Source: an uncultured Mycoplasma sp.
GTDB lineage: Bacteria; Bacillota_I; Bacilli_A; RF39; UBA660
Assembly (NCBI GenBank): GCA_964345805.1
Contig: CAYFSK010000001.1
Coordinates: forward strand, 1 to 55,050
DNA: 55,050 nt
Reading direction: 5' to 3'
Positions 1 to 10,278 of the stretch are shown in pieces. The position numbers and the translations under genes were made by a program. Position 1 is the first letter of the stretch. Every line of letters begins with the position of its first letter. The notes beneath the pieces are model-generated. The model was not told the origin of the DNA, searched no databases, and was given only the letters and a program-made list of their open reading frames with translations.

Positions 1-47
1 GTGGTTGGAATGGTGGTTGAACATTTCTAAAACGCCCACAAAGCCCT

Positions 48-80
48 TAAAACAAACAAAATGACGTCCTTTCGGACGTC
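48..80 (-). terminator. Intrinsic terminator-like hairpin (GACGTCC-GAAA-GGACGTC followed by ATTTTGTTTGTTTT on the minus strand)
   Basis: Perfect 7-bp GC-rich inverted repeat at 63..69/74..80 with a 4-nt loop. A T-rich tract follows on the minus strand; a weaker one (TTCAGGGGGTTTT) follows on the plus strand. Confidence 0.5.
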
Positions 81-213
81 TTCAGGGGGTTTTGGTTGAC
101 TATCCTCACATTATAATTCGTAAAAGATAGTCATAATATTTAGTATGATATCACTACCATACTATAATAATAATATATAAAATAACGGAGATTGTCAATA
201 ACAATTGACAACT

Positions 214-2184
214 TTAATTTGTTATATCAAGAGAAGAAATTATATTATTATAATATTCATTATTAAGATATCCTTTATTATATAAATATTCTTCAGAATC
301 ATTTTTAGCATCAACTAAAATATCATAATTATTCTTAAGATCTGCTAGTTTAAAAGTCATATCTCCATGTTGTTTAGTTCCAAATAAATCTCCATAACCT
401 CTTATTTCAAAGTCTTTTTCAGCTATATAAAATCCATCATTACTTTCTTCCATTACTTTAAGTCTTTTACTATCATAATCACTTATTAAATTACAATAAC
501 TTTGTATATCACTTCTTCCAACTCTTCCTCTTAATTGATGAAGGGTAGCAAGACCAAATCTTTCGGCATTATATATAACTATTAATGTTGCATTAGGAAC
601 ATCAATACCAACTTCAATAACAGTTGTTGATATTAAAACCTTAGTTTCATTTTTTAAAAAGTTATCCATAATAAGATCTTTATCTTTTTGTTTTAATTTA
701 CCATAGATAACTTCTGATTTAATTAAATTATTAAATGCTTTATCAATATTTTCTTTTAAAGACATAACACTTGATAAAGATAAATCATCATTATCTTCAA
801 CTAGGGGGGATATTATATATACTTGATGACCTAATTTTATTTCTCTTAAAATAGATAATAATACATCTTTAATCTCTTTAGTAGTATATACTTTAGTAAT
901 AATATCTTTTCTACCACTTGGTTTAGTTTTAATCATTGATACGTCAAGATCACCATAAATAGTCATAGCATAGGTCCTAGGAATAGGTGTTGCTGATAAA
1001 TATAGTATATCTGGATTAATACCTTTATTTTGAAAGATACCTCTTTGATTAACTCCAAAACGATGTTGTTCATCAGTTACAACAAGACCTATATTATTAA
1101 AATCTAATTCTTCATTTAATAAAGCATGAGTTCCTATTAAAATATCTATTTCTTTATTCTTAACTTTTTCATATAACTTCTTTTTTTCAGTTTTAGTTAG
1201 AGATCCGGTTATTAAACCAGTATTAATATTATATTTATCAAGTAATTTTTTAATACTATTATAATGCTGAATAGCAAGTATTTCGGTTGGAGCCATTAAA
1301 GCTGTTTGAAAACCTGATAGGAAGCATGCATACATAGCAATAACTGATACAATTGTTTTTCCTGATCCAACATCTCCCAAAAGAAGACGATTCATTTTTG
1401 TATCTTTTTTTAAATCTTTTAAAATTTCTTTAACTGACTTTTCTTGATCAGTTGTAAGACTAAAAGATAAGTTATCAATAAAATCATTAACCTTCTTTAT
1501 ATCAAAGCATTTAGAAATGCCTTTAGCATTTTTATTTACCTTTTTTAAATAATTCATCTTAAAAGCAAACTCAAATAACTCTTCATAAACTAATCTTCTT
1601 TTAGATATAGCAATATCTTTTTCATCTTTAGGATTATAAATTAAATTAAGTGCTTCTTTTTTAGAAATAAAATTATATTTGCTGATATATTCATCAGGTA
1701 TTTTATTAATAGTCTTTTCCTCTAAAGAAGATAATATAAACTTAGATAATGTATTATTAGTAAGACCACTTGTTAAATGATATACTCCTTCAATATAACC
1801 ATCAGTAATATTAAATTTAATATCACTTGCCGTAAAAGAGTTTTTCTTTAGATCATATTTACCTATTAAAACTACTTTTTTTCCTATAGTTAAATTATTT
1901 TTTAAAAAGGCACGATTAAAAATCGTAACATTTATTAATCTATTACTTGCAAGAGCTCTAAAAGATAATCTATTAAAATTTCTTTTTATATATGCTACGG
2001 TTGGATTTGATTCAATCGTAGCACTTATATATAACAAAGTATCTTCTATTAAATCATTTGAAAAATTATAAATATTATATCGATATGGATAATATTCTTG
2101 TAAATCAGTTATATTATAGATATCAAGTTTATTAAGTAATTTAACAGATTTAGGACCAATTCCCTTTATTTTTTCAATATTCAT
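214..2184 (-). CDS. recG: ATP-dependent DNA helicase RecG
   Basis: 656-aa ORF with Walker A GDVGSGKT, DEQHRFG box and QLRGRVGR motif VI. N-terminal HhH/wedge-like region and overall RecG architecture. Confidence 0.9.
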   Translation of the reverse strand: MNIEKIKGIGPKSVKLLNKLDIYNITDLQEYYPYRYNIYNFSNDLIEDTLLYISATIESNPTVAYIKRNFNRLSFRALASNRLINVTIFNRAFLKNNLTIGKKVVLIGKYDLKKNSFTASDIKFNITDGYIEGVYHLTSGLTNNTLSKFILSSLEEKTINKIPDEYISKYNFISKKEALNLIYNPKDEKDIAISKRRLVYEELFEFAFKMNYLKKVNKNAKGISKCFDIKKVNDFIDNLSFSLTTDQEKSVKEILKDLKKDTKMNRLLLGDVGSGKTIVSVIAMYACFLSGFQTALMAPTEILAIQHYNSIKKLLDKYNINTGLITGSLTKTEKKKLYEKVKNKEIDILIGTHALLNEELDFNNIGLVVTDEQHRFGVNQRGIFQNKGINPDILYLSATPIPRTYAMTIYGDLDVSMIKTKPSGRKDIITKVYTTKEIKDVLLSILREIKLGHQVYIISPLVEDNDDLSLSSVMSLKENIDKAFNNLIKSEVIYGKLKQKDKDLIMDNFLKNETKVLISTTVIEVGIDVPNATLIVIYNAERFGLATLHQLRGRVGRSDIQSYCNLISDYDSKRLKVMEESNDGFYIAEKDFEIRGYGDLFGTKQHGDMTFKLADLKNNYDILVDAKNDSEEYLYNKGYLNNEYYNNIISSLDITN

Positions 2185-2382
2185 ATCTACCTTTCTTATA
2201 ATTCTGTCAATTTATTGTAAAATGAATTGACTTTTAAGCACTTCTCCATTAATATAAGACTTACCAAATCACTTAAGAAGGCGATTTGGTGCTAGTATCA
2301 CACTAGTCAACCCCTTTTTATTCTTTGGAGCCACTACTTAATGTAGTGGCTTCGTAATTTTTAAGATAGATTAACTAATAAG

Positions 2383-5300
2383 TTAATTTTTATTTGCAAT
2401 ACTTTTATAATACTCATAACGCTTTTTAGCGTTTTTTATTTGATTATCTAAAAGCTCTTTAGCAAGATTTTCATCTTTTAATTTAAGACTTCTAAATCTT
2501 ACTTCATTATCTAAGAAATCTTCATACTTATCAAAGTTTGGTTCTTTTGAATCAAGATAAAGATTATTATCATAATATCTCATTAAAAGTGTATATCCAC
2601 ATTCAACAGCAAGTTTTTCTTCATTAATAGAGCATCCCATACCGCTTTTAATACCATGAGATATACATGGACAGTAGGCAATTATAATCGCTGGGCCATT
2701 ATGCTCTTGAGCTTCTTTAAATGCTTTAATTGTATGCATCATATTTGATCCAAGAGAAACGGATGCTACATAAACATTATCAGTTGTGGTTGCTATTTTA
2801 AATAAATCTTTTTTACCAGTTCTTTTACCAAATGATGCAAACTGTGCTACTGCTCCAAGTTTAGTTGCTTTACTTGCTTGTCCACCAGTATTTGAATATA
2901 CCTCTGTATCTAAAACTAATATTTTAATATTTTCATTTGAATGAAGAACATGATCAATTCCATTATAACCAATATCATATGCCCATCCATCTCCACCTAG
3001 TGCCCATACCGTTCTTTTTGGCATATATGCTTTTAAATTAACCAGTTCTTTAGGTATTTTATTATCATCAAGCTTCATAGCAACATCCGTTGTTATCTTA
3101 TTATTATCAAGATTATCAAGGTATTCATTAAATAATTTTTTAGTTTCATCATCTACGGCATTTAAAGAATCTTTAATAACGCTAATTGCTTGATCTTGTT
3201 TTTGTTTGTAACTTTTATGCATACCAAAAGCAAATTCAGCATTATCTTCGAACAGTGAATTAGCCCAAGGAAGTAAATACGGTGTTGATGGAACGCTTCC
3301 TCCAAAAATAGATGAACATCCAGTTGCATTAGCAATAACTATTTCCTTGCCATAAAGCTGAGTTAATAGTTTTATATAAGGAGTTTCTCCACATCCTGCA
3401 CAAGCACCAGAAAACTCAAATAAAGGTTTTTCAAGTTGTGATCCTTTAATGGTAAATTTATCAAATAACTTAGGATTTTCTTTATCAAAATACATACTTG
3501 TATCGGGAGCATTTTCTTTTAAAGCAAGTGATTTAGTTGGACAAGTATTAACGCAAAGCCCGCATCCCGTACAATCTTTTGGAGATACTCCTACTAAGAA
3601 GTTATAATCAGAATTTCCTATTACTGGTTTGCCAATACTTTTATCTTCGATAATATGATTTCTTATGGCTGCATGAGGACACACCATTGAACACATACCA
3701 CACTCTATACACTTTTCATTATTCCACTCTGGCGTTAAAACTGAGACATTTCTTTTTTCATTTTGAGTAAGACCCCATTTAAAAGCTCCACTTCGAAGTG
3801 GAATAGTATCTTTAACGGTTAAAGAGTTTCCTTCTCTTAAATCTATCTTTTCATAGATACTTAAATCTTTAGTATCTTTATTTTCAATATCTAAAGAAAT
3901 ATTAACCTTAACAAGACTATTTAAAGCCATTTTAACAGCATTAATATTACTTTCAACTATTGCATCTCCTTTAGATGAAAAAGCTTTTACAATAGAGTTA
4001 TTTAGTATTCCTTCCGCATTTGGAATATCAAGTAACTTTAAAATAATCATTTCCATTATTTTAGATATTTTACCTTTAATATTATTTTCATAAGCTATTT
4101 TATCAGCATTAATAATATTAACATTTAAATTTTTCTCATTAATTAATCTTTTTACTTTTGATGGTAAAAATTCATTTAATTCTTTTTCATTTCTAATGGT
4201 ATTGATAAGTAAGTAAGCATTTTCTTTTACCCCAGATAACATATCATATTTATTAAAATATTCATCTTTGGTTACAACCACAAGTGAAGGAGATGATATA
4301 TAATAGGGAGCATTTATTTTCTCATTTGATATTCTTAAATGCGATATTGTTACTCCACCACTTTTCTTAGAATCATATTCAAAATAACCTTGGACATATT
4401 TACCAAGATTTTCATTAACAAGTGTTAAGATATCTTTTGAGGCACTAACCATTCCATCAGATCCAAAACCAAAGATTTTAAATTCTTGGGCATTTAAATT
4501 AATGTTATATGAACTTACTGGTAAACTTAAGTTAGTAAGATCATCTTCAATGCCAATTGTAAAGTTATTTACTGGTTTGCTTTCAAGCATATCATAAACA
4601 GCTTTTATTTGCGCAGGATTAGTATCTTTCGAAGATAGTCCATATCTTCCACCAACAATATTTATATCTTTGTTCTTTAATACTGATAAGACATCTAAAT
4701 ATAAAGGTTCTCCATTTGAACCAGCTTCTTTAGTCATATCTAAAACAGCAATATTTCTTACCGTACTAGGAAGAACATCTAGTAAATATTTAGGACTAAA
4801 TGGTCTATATAAATGAACTTCAATTAAACCTATTTTTTTATTGTTTTTAAGTTCACTATCAATAACAAGTTTTACTGTATCACAAACACTTCCCATAGCA
4901 ACAATGATATTTTCGGCATCAGATGCTCCATAATAATTAAATGGTTTATAATCTTTACCGGTTAATTCATTTATTTTCTCCATATAACTATTTACAATAT
5001 CAGGCATATTATTATAAACAGGATTTCTTGCCTCAGTACACTGAAAATATATATCTTCAGTTTGACTCATTCCATACTGATAACCACAATTTAAATTTAA
5101 AGATCTATTTTTAAATTCATTTAATGCATTATAATCTATTAAAGCAAGTAAATCTTTTTCATTAAGTTCTTTAACCGTATTAAGTTCATGACTAGTTCTA
5201 AAACCATTAAAAAAATGAATGAAAGGAAGAGAACCTTTTATTGCTGATAAGTGAGCAACAGCTGCTAAGTTTTGTGCATCATCAACATTTGTTGATGCTA

Positions 5301-5709
5301 AAATACACCAGCCTGTACTTCTTGCGGCATAAATATCTTGATGATCACCAAAGATTGATAATGCATGAGTTGCTAGACTTCTTGATGCACAGTGCATTAC
5401 TCCTGGAAGCATTTCTCCTGCCATCTTATACATATTAGGAATCATTAAAAGTAGTCCTTGACTTGCTGTAAAGGTTGATGCAAGACTTCCTGTTAAAAGA
5501 GCTCCATGCATAGCACCAGCTGCTCCTGCCTCAGACTCCATCTCAATTACTTCGGGTTTTGCATTATATAAATTCCTAAGGGAAGTATTAGTTAGCTCAT
5601 CAATATTTTCTGCCATTGGTGAAGAAGGTGTAATAGGATATATTGCACATACTTCACTAAAAAGATAAGCTATTTTACTACAAGCTTTATTTCCATCTAT
5701 TATTTTCAT
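2383..5709 (-). CDS. nifJ: Pyruvate:ferredoxin (flavodoxin) oxidoreductase, single-polypeptide PFOR
   Basis: 1108-aa ORF with two ferredoxin-type 4Fe-4S motifs (CIECGMCSMVCP, CTGCGLCVNTCP) and a C-terminal TPP-binding GGDGWAYDIG motif. SD AGGTGA lies upstream of the ATG. Confidence 0.92.
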   Translation of the reverse strand: MKIIDGNKACSKIAYLFSEVCAIYPITPSSPMAENIDELTNTSLRNLYNAKPEVIEMESEAGAAGAMHGALLTGSLASTFTASQGLLLMIPNMYKMAGEMLPGVMHCASRSLATHALSIFGDHQDIYAARSTGWCILASTNVDDAQNLAAVAHLSAIKGSLPFIHFFNGFRTSHELNTVKELNEKDLLALIDYNALNEFKNRSLNLNCGYQYGMSQTEDIYFQCTEARNPVYNNMPDIVNSYMEKINELTGKDYKPFNYYGASDAENIIVAMGSVCDTVKLVIDSELKNNKKIGLIEVHLYRPFSPKYLLDVLPSTVRNIAVLDMTKEAGSNGEPLYLDVLSVLKNKDINIVGGRYGLSSKDTNPAQIKAVYDMLESKPVNNFTIGIEDDLTNLSLPVSSYNINLNAQEFKIFGFGSDGMVSASKDILTLVNENLGKYVQGYFEYDSKKSGGVTISHLRISNEKINAPYYISSPSLVVVTKDEYFNKYDMLSGVKENAYLLINTIRNEKELNEFLPSKVKRLINEKNLNVNIINADKIAYENNIKGKISKIMEMIILKLLDIPNAEGILNNSIVKAFSSKGDAIVESNINAVKMALNSLVKVNISLDIENKDTKDLSIYEKIDLREGNSLTVKDTIPLRSGAFKWGLTQNEKRNVSVLTPEWNNEKCIECGMCSMVCPHAAIRNHIIEDKSIGKPVIGNSDYNFLVGVSPKDCTGCGLCVNTCPTKSLALKENAPDTSMYFDKENPKLFDKFTIKGSQLEKPLFEFSGACAGCGETPYIKLLTQLYGKEIVIANATGCSSIFGGSVPSTPYLLPWANSLFEDNAEFAFGMHKSYKQKQDQAISVIKDSLNAVDDETKKLFNEYLDNLDNNKITTDVAMKLDDNKIPKELVNLKAYMPKRTVWALGGDGWAYDIGYNGIDHVLHSNENIKILVLDTEVYSNTGGQASKATKLGAVAQFASFGKRTGKKDLFKIATTTDNVYVASVSLGSNMMHTIKAFKEAQEHNGPAIIIAYCPCISHGIKSGMGCSINEEKLAVECGYTLLMRYYDNNLYLDSKEPNFDKYEDFLDNEVRFRSLKLKDENLAKELLDNQIKNAKKRYEYYKSIANKN

Positions 5710-5753
5710 TTTAAATCACCTATTTTAATTATAAAATAAAAACTAGTAAATTA

Positions 5754-6977
5754 CTAGTTTTCATTAATTTTTTCAGCTATTCTCATTAATTCATTATATT
5801 TACAAACTCGATCTGTTCTTGACATTGAACCAGTTTTAATTTGTCCTAAGTCAAGTCCTACAGCAAGATGAGCAATTGTGGTATCCTCAGTTTCTCCACT
5901 TCGATGAGAAATAACGGTTTTATAACCATTATCTTTAGCAAGTTTTATTGTTTCAAGCGTCTCAGTAATAGTTCCAATTTGGTTTACTTTAAGTAAAATA
6001 GCATTACCAGCTTTCTTATCAATACCCATTTGCAAACATTCTTTATTAGTAACAAATAAATCATCACCAACAATTTGAATTTTATTACCAAGTCTTTCTG
6101 TCATCTTACTAAATGCATCCCAATCGTTTTCATCGACTGGATCTTCGATAGAAATAATTGGATAAGTATTAATTAACTCTTCATAAAAATCAATTAATTC
6201 ATCAGATGTTAATTTTTTACCATCAACATGATAATATCCATCTTGATAAAATTCAGAAGCAGCAACATCAATGGCAATATTAACGTCTTCGCCAGGTTTA
6301 TAACCTGCTTTCTTAATCGCTTCGATTATTAAATCAAATCCTTCTTTATTAGAACCAAGATTTGGAGCAAATCCTCCTTCATCACCAACTGATGTAACAT
6401 AACCCTTTGATGATAAAACCTTTTTTAAATTATGGAATACTTCTGCCCCAATTCTAACTCTTTCATTAATTGTTTTGGCATTTGGTATAATCATAAATTC
6501 TTGGAAATCCAAATTATTATCAGCATGAGCTCCCCCATTAATAATATTCATCATTGGCACAGGCAAAGTTTTTCCATCACCAATATATGCAAACAATTCT
6601 TTTCCTTCAGCTAGAGCACTTGCTTTTAATGCAGCCATACTAATACCTAAAATAGCATTAGCGCCAAGTTTAGACTTTGTCTTAGTACCATCAAGCTTTA
6701 TCATTTTATAATCTAAAGCTTTTTGATCTTTAGCATCCATCCCAACAACAGCTTCTTTTAAAATGGTATTAACGTTTTTAACAGCATTTAATACTCCTTT
6801 ACCAAGATATCTATCTCCTCCATCACGCATTTCTAAAGCTTCTCTTTCTCCTGTTGAAGCACCTGATGGAACAGCAGCTCTTCCTATAATACCATTTTCA
6901 AGTATTACATCAACCTCTACTGTAGGATTGCCCCTACTATCAAGAATTTCTCTTCCTTTAACATCAATTATTTTCAT
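5754..6977 (-). CDS. eno: Enolase (phosphopyruvate hydratase)
   Basis: [13 protein letters not shown]-terminus and [17 protein letters not shown] active-site region. At 407 aa it is somewhat short at the C-terminus compared with typical ~430-aa enolases. Confidence 0.95.
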   Translation of the reverse strand: MKIIDVKGREILDSRGNPTVEVDVILENGIIGRAAVPSGASTGEREALEMRDGGDRYLGKGVLNAVKNVNTILKEAVVGMDAKDQKALDYKMIKLDGTKTKSKLGANAILGISMAALKASALAEGKELFAYIGDGKTLPVPMMNIINGGAHADNNLDFQEFMIIPNAKTINERVRIGAEVFHNLKKVLSSKGYVTSVGDEGGFAPNLGSNKEGFDLIIEAIKKAGYKPGEDVNIAIDVAASEFYQDGYYHVDGKKLTSDELIDFYEELINTYPIISIEDPVDENDWDAFSKMTERLGNKIQIVGDDLFVTNKECLQMGIDKKAGNAILLKVNQIGTITETLETIKLAKDNGYKTVISHRSGETEDTTIAHLAVGLDLGQIKTGSMSRTDRVCKYNELMRIAEKINEN

Positions 6978-7049
6978 AATTTTCCTCCAATATTATGATA
7001 ACATATTTTTTAATTTCTTAAATCAAAAATAAAAAGGCTTTTACACCTT

Positions 7050-7622
7050 TTACCAAAATATTTTTGTTATATCTTTTGTCTTTTTATATACCAAGATATT
7101 ATTTACTACTTCAATAACTCCGGTTAGTATTAAAAATAATCCTATTACCTGAGTAATTGTTAAAATAGTTTCAAATGGATTACTAATAAGTATTAAACCA
7201 AATAATATTAAAATAATACCAACTGTAAAAGTAATAAGCCAAGAATCATCAGATCCTACTTTAAACCAGATACCATAAGATATCTTAACTGCTCCAAGTA
7301 ATATTAAATAAAGTCCTAAAAAGATAACTAAATGATTAAATACTAAGTTAGGAAAGATAATCATTATTGTTCCAAGACATAAAAAGATTAAACCAAATAA
7401 TAAATTATATGAATAAAGTTTAGCTCCTTTTCTATTTATATATTTACTAATTAGAAAAACACTTGTTAAAACAAGTAGTCCACCAATAATACCACTAATA
7501 ATTCTTTTAGTTAAATCAGGAAATAAATATATAAATAATCCTACAACTATCATAATTAATCCATTAACAATTGATGCTGCTAAATTTCTTTTAAACCTAT
7601 CTGATACTTTATCTGTAATCAT
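7050..7622 (-). CDS. Small polytopic membrane protein, HdeD/DUF308-like
   Basis: 190 aa, about 6 predicted TM helices with repeated small-residue-rich helix pairs reminiscent of DUF308. No catalytic motif. Confidence 0.45.
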   Translation of the reverse strand: MITDKVSDRFKRNLAASIVNGLIMIVVGLFIYLFPDLTKRIISGIIGGLLVLTSVFLISKYINRKGAKLYSYNLLFGLIFLCLGTIMIIFPNLVFNHLVIFLGLYLILLGAVKISYGIWFKVGSDDSWLITFTVGIILILFGLILISNPFETILTITQVIGLFLILTGVIEVVNNILVYKKTKDITKIFW

Positions 7623-7677
7623 TTTATACCACCATTCTTTTATATTATAATTCTATTATCTTAAAATGGCAACCTAC

Positions 7678-7706
7678 TAGACAAACAGCCTATTTTATGG
7701 TATTAT
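7678..7706 (+). promoter_or_regulatory. Sigma-A-type promoter for the FemAB-family gene
   Basis: TAGACA-N17-TATTAT with a TG extension (TGgTATTAT). A GGGGG SD follows before the ATG at 7736. Confidence 0.5.
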
Positions 7707-7735
7707 AAATTGCCTAAAGAAGGGGGATTATTTAT

Positions 7736-8977
7736 ATGCATATAAGACAATTATCAGTCCAAGAATTTAAAGATTTTAATGATAACCATCCAATGGGTAA
7801 TTATCACCAAACTTTAAATTATGCTTTATTAAAAGTCCAAGAAGGCTATGAATATGAAATGATTGGCTATGTTGATGAAGATAACAATATAAAAGCTGCT
7901 GCTTTAATTCTTGTTAAACTTTTAGATGGCCATATTTATGCATATATTCCTGAAGGAATGTTAATTGATTATAATGATTCTTCTTTAATCAAAGACTTTA
8001 CTAAAAAGATGGTTGATTTTTATGATGGTGAAAGAATATTCTTTATTAAGATAAATCCTCGTATTATTAAATCAGAAATTGATCCTAAAACTTTAAAACA
8101 AACTAATGATTTAAACCAGGATGTTATAAATAATTTAAAAAATGCTGGTTGGATTAAATATGAAGATAATAAATATTATGAAAATCTTATTAATAGATAT
8201 GATGCTATAATAGAACTTGATAAATATGATGAAGATCTTCTTAGTAAAAATACTAAAAATAAGATTAGAAAAGGCGTTAGAAAAGGTTTAACTATTGAAC
8301 TAGCTGATGCTAAAGAACTTGATCATTTAACTAAGTTTGCTGCTAAAAAGATGAAAATGCAAGAATATTATTATAATGATATTTATACTTTGTTTAGTAA
8401 AGATAACTCTATAGATTACTTTTTAGTTAAAATAGATTATAAAAACTATGTTTTAAATTCAAGCAAAGCTTATGAAAAAGAACTTAAGAAAAATGAAGAA
8501 ATTGTTGATAAACTATTAACTAAAAATAATGAAAGAGTAATTAATAAAAAAATGAGTTCTGATAATACCTTAAGAGTATATAAAGATGATGTATCAAAAG
8601 CTGCTCAAAAGCTTAATGCAGATGCAAATGATTATGTAGCTGGAGCACTTGTTATTAAACAAGGTAATAAAGCAACTATTGTTGTTAGTGCCTATGATAA
8701 AAAATATAAAGATTTTGCTCCTAATTACTTTTTATATAATGAAATTATTAAACATTATAAAGATAAATATAAATATTTAGATTTAAATGGTATCTTAGGT
8801 GATTTTGATAAAGATAATAAGTATTATGGTATAAATCAATTTAAATTAGGTTTTAAACCTAAAATATATGAATATATAGGAGAATATGATTATGTTATTA
8901 ATAATCGTTTATATAATAAATATAATAAGAAAGGACTTCTTAAAAAGGAGTTTGAACTAGATAAAGCAGGAAAATAA
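7736..8977 (+). CDS. FemAB-family peptidoglycan interpeptide-bridge aminoacyltransferase (FemX/MurM-like)
   Basis: 413 aa with a two-lobed acyltransferase-like layout and a central Lys/Glu-rich coiled-coil insertion, as in Fem proteins. N-terminus is typical of the family. Confidence 0.6.
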   Translation: MHIRQLSVQEFKDFNDNHPMGNYHQTLNYALLKVQEGYEYEMIGYVDEDNNIKAAALILVKLLDGHIYAYIPEGMLIDYNDSSLIKDFTKKMVDFYDGERIFFIKINPRIIKSEIDPKTLKQTNDLNQDVINNLKNAGWIKYEDNKYYENLINRYDAIIELDKYDEDLLSKNTKNKIRKGVRKGLTIELADAKELDHLTKFAAKKMKMQEYYYNDIYTLFSKDNSIDYFLVKIDYKNYVLNSSKAYEKELKKNEEIVDKLLTKNNERVINKKMSSDNTLRVYKDDVSKAAQKLNADANDYVAGALVIKQGNKATIVVSAYDKKYKDFAPNYFLYNEIIKHYKDKYKYLDLNGILGDFDKDNKYYGINQFKLGFKPKIYEYIGEYDYVINNRLYNKYNKKGLLKKEFELDKAGK

Positions 8978-8989
8978 TCCTGCTTTTTT
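8964..8989 (+). terminator. Intrinsic terminator of the FemAB-family gene
   Basis: GCAGGA/TCCTGC stem (8966..8971 / 8978..8983) with the stop codon in the loop, followed by TTTTTT. Confidence 0.7.
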
Positions 8990-8993
8990 ATGA

Positions 8994-9018
8994 AACAAAA
9001 AAAGCGATCACTCGCTTT
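8994..9018 (-). terminator. Intrinsic terminator of tuf
   Basis: On the minus strand AAAGCGA-GTGA-TCGCTTT is followed by TTTTTGTTTC, 15 nt after the tuf stop. Confidence 0.75.
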
Positions 9019-9032
9019 AATTTTGTGTTTAA

Positions 9033-10202
9033 TTACTTACTAACAATTTCTGAAACAACACCAGCACCAACTGTACGGCCGCCTTCACGAATTGAGAATT
9101 TTGTTCCTTGTTCGAAAGCAACTGGAGCAATTAGTTCAACAGTCATGTCTACGTTATCCCCAGGCATAACCATTTCAACGCCAGCAGGTAGTTCAATAAC
9201 ACCTGTTACGTCAGTTGTTCTAAAATAGAATTGTGGTCTGTAATTTGAGAAGAATGGAGTGTGACGTCCGCCTTCTTCTTTAGATAGAACATAAACACTT
9301 GCTTTGAATTTTGTATGAGGTGTAATAGAACCAGGTTTAGCTAGTACTTGTCCACGTTCAACATCTTCTCTAGAAATACCACGAAGTAATACTCCTGCGT
9401 TATCTCCAGCTTGAGCAAAGTCAAGTGATTTTCTAAACATTTCAATACCAGTTACAACTGATTTTTGAGTGTCTTTTAAACCAACAATTTCAACTTCATC
9501 GTTAATTTTAAGTTGTCCACGTTCAACACGTCCAGTAACAACTGTTCCTCTACCAGAGATAGTAAATACATCTTCAATAGACATTAAGAATGGTTTTTCA
9601 GTGTCACGAACTGGTGATGGAATATATTCATCAACAGCAGCCATAAGGTCACGAACACTTTTTTCTGCATCAGCATCTCCTTCAAGAGCTTTAAGAGCAG
9701 AACCACGCATGATACGACAATCTGAATCAAATCCATATTCTCCTAAAAGGTCTCTGATTTCCATTTCTACTAAATCAAGTAATTCTGGATCGTCAACTTG
9801 ATCACACTTGTTCATATAAACAACAATCTTAGGTACTCCAACTTGACGAGAAAGTAAAATGTGTTCTCTTGTTTGAGGCATAGGGCCATCAGCAGCAGAA
9901 ACAACTAGAATAGCACCATCCATTTGCGCAGCACCAGTGATCATATTTTTAACATAGTCAGCATGGCCTGGGCAGTCTACGTGAGCATAGTGACGCTTGT
10001 CAGTTGAATACTCAACGTGAGATGTACTGATAGTAATTCCTCTTTCTCTTTCTTCTGGAGCAGCATCGATTTGATCATATGCTTGAAATTCTCCGAAGTA
10101 TTTAGTAATTGCAGCAGTAAGTGTTGTTTTACCATGGTCAACGTGACCAATAGTACCAATATTAACGTGTTCTTTAGAACGGTCAAATTTTTCTCTTGCC
10201 AT
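9033..10202 (-). CDS. tuf: Elongation factor Tu
   Basis: [17 protein letters not shown] and NKCD GTPase motifs. 389 aa with SD GGAGG upstream. Confidence 0.97.
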   Translation of the reverse strand: MAREKFDRSKEHVNIGTIGHVDHGKTTLTAAITKYFGEFQAYDQIDAAPEERERGITISTSHVEYSTDKRHYAHVDCPGHADYVKNMITGAAQMDGAILVVSAADGPMPQTREHILLSRQVGVPKIVVYMNKCDQVDDPELLDLVEMEIRDLLGEYGFDSDCRIMRGSALKALEGDADAEKSVRDLMAAVDEYIPSPVRDTEKPFLMSIEDVFTISGRGTVVTGRVERGQLKINDEVEIVGLKDTQKSVVTGIEMFRKSLDFAQAGDNAGVLLRGISREDVERGQVLAKPGSITPHTKFKASVYVLSKEEGGRHTPFFSNYRPQFYFRTTDVTGVIELPAGVEMVMPGDNVDMTVELIAPVAFEQGTKFSIREGGRTVGAGVVSEIVSK

Positions 10203-10278
10203 ATATAATTTCCTCCTTTAATACTATTATATTTTAGCTAATTTAAGACTAAATTTCAAGTCTTTATATTAATTTAAT

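Noticed and set aside
5754-6977. Enolase (407 aa), PFOR (1108 aa) and EF-Tu (389 aa) are each somewhat shorter than typical homologues
   Set aside because: All catalytic motifs are intact and no frame disruption is visible. Modest shortening is common in reduced AT-rich genomes, so these are not treated as pseudogenes.
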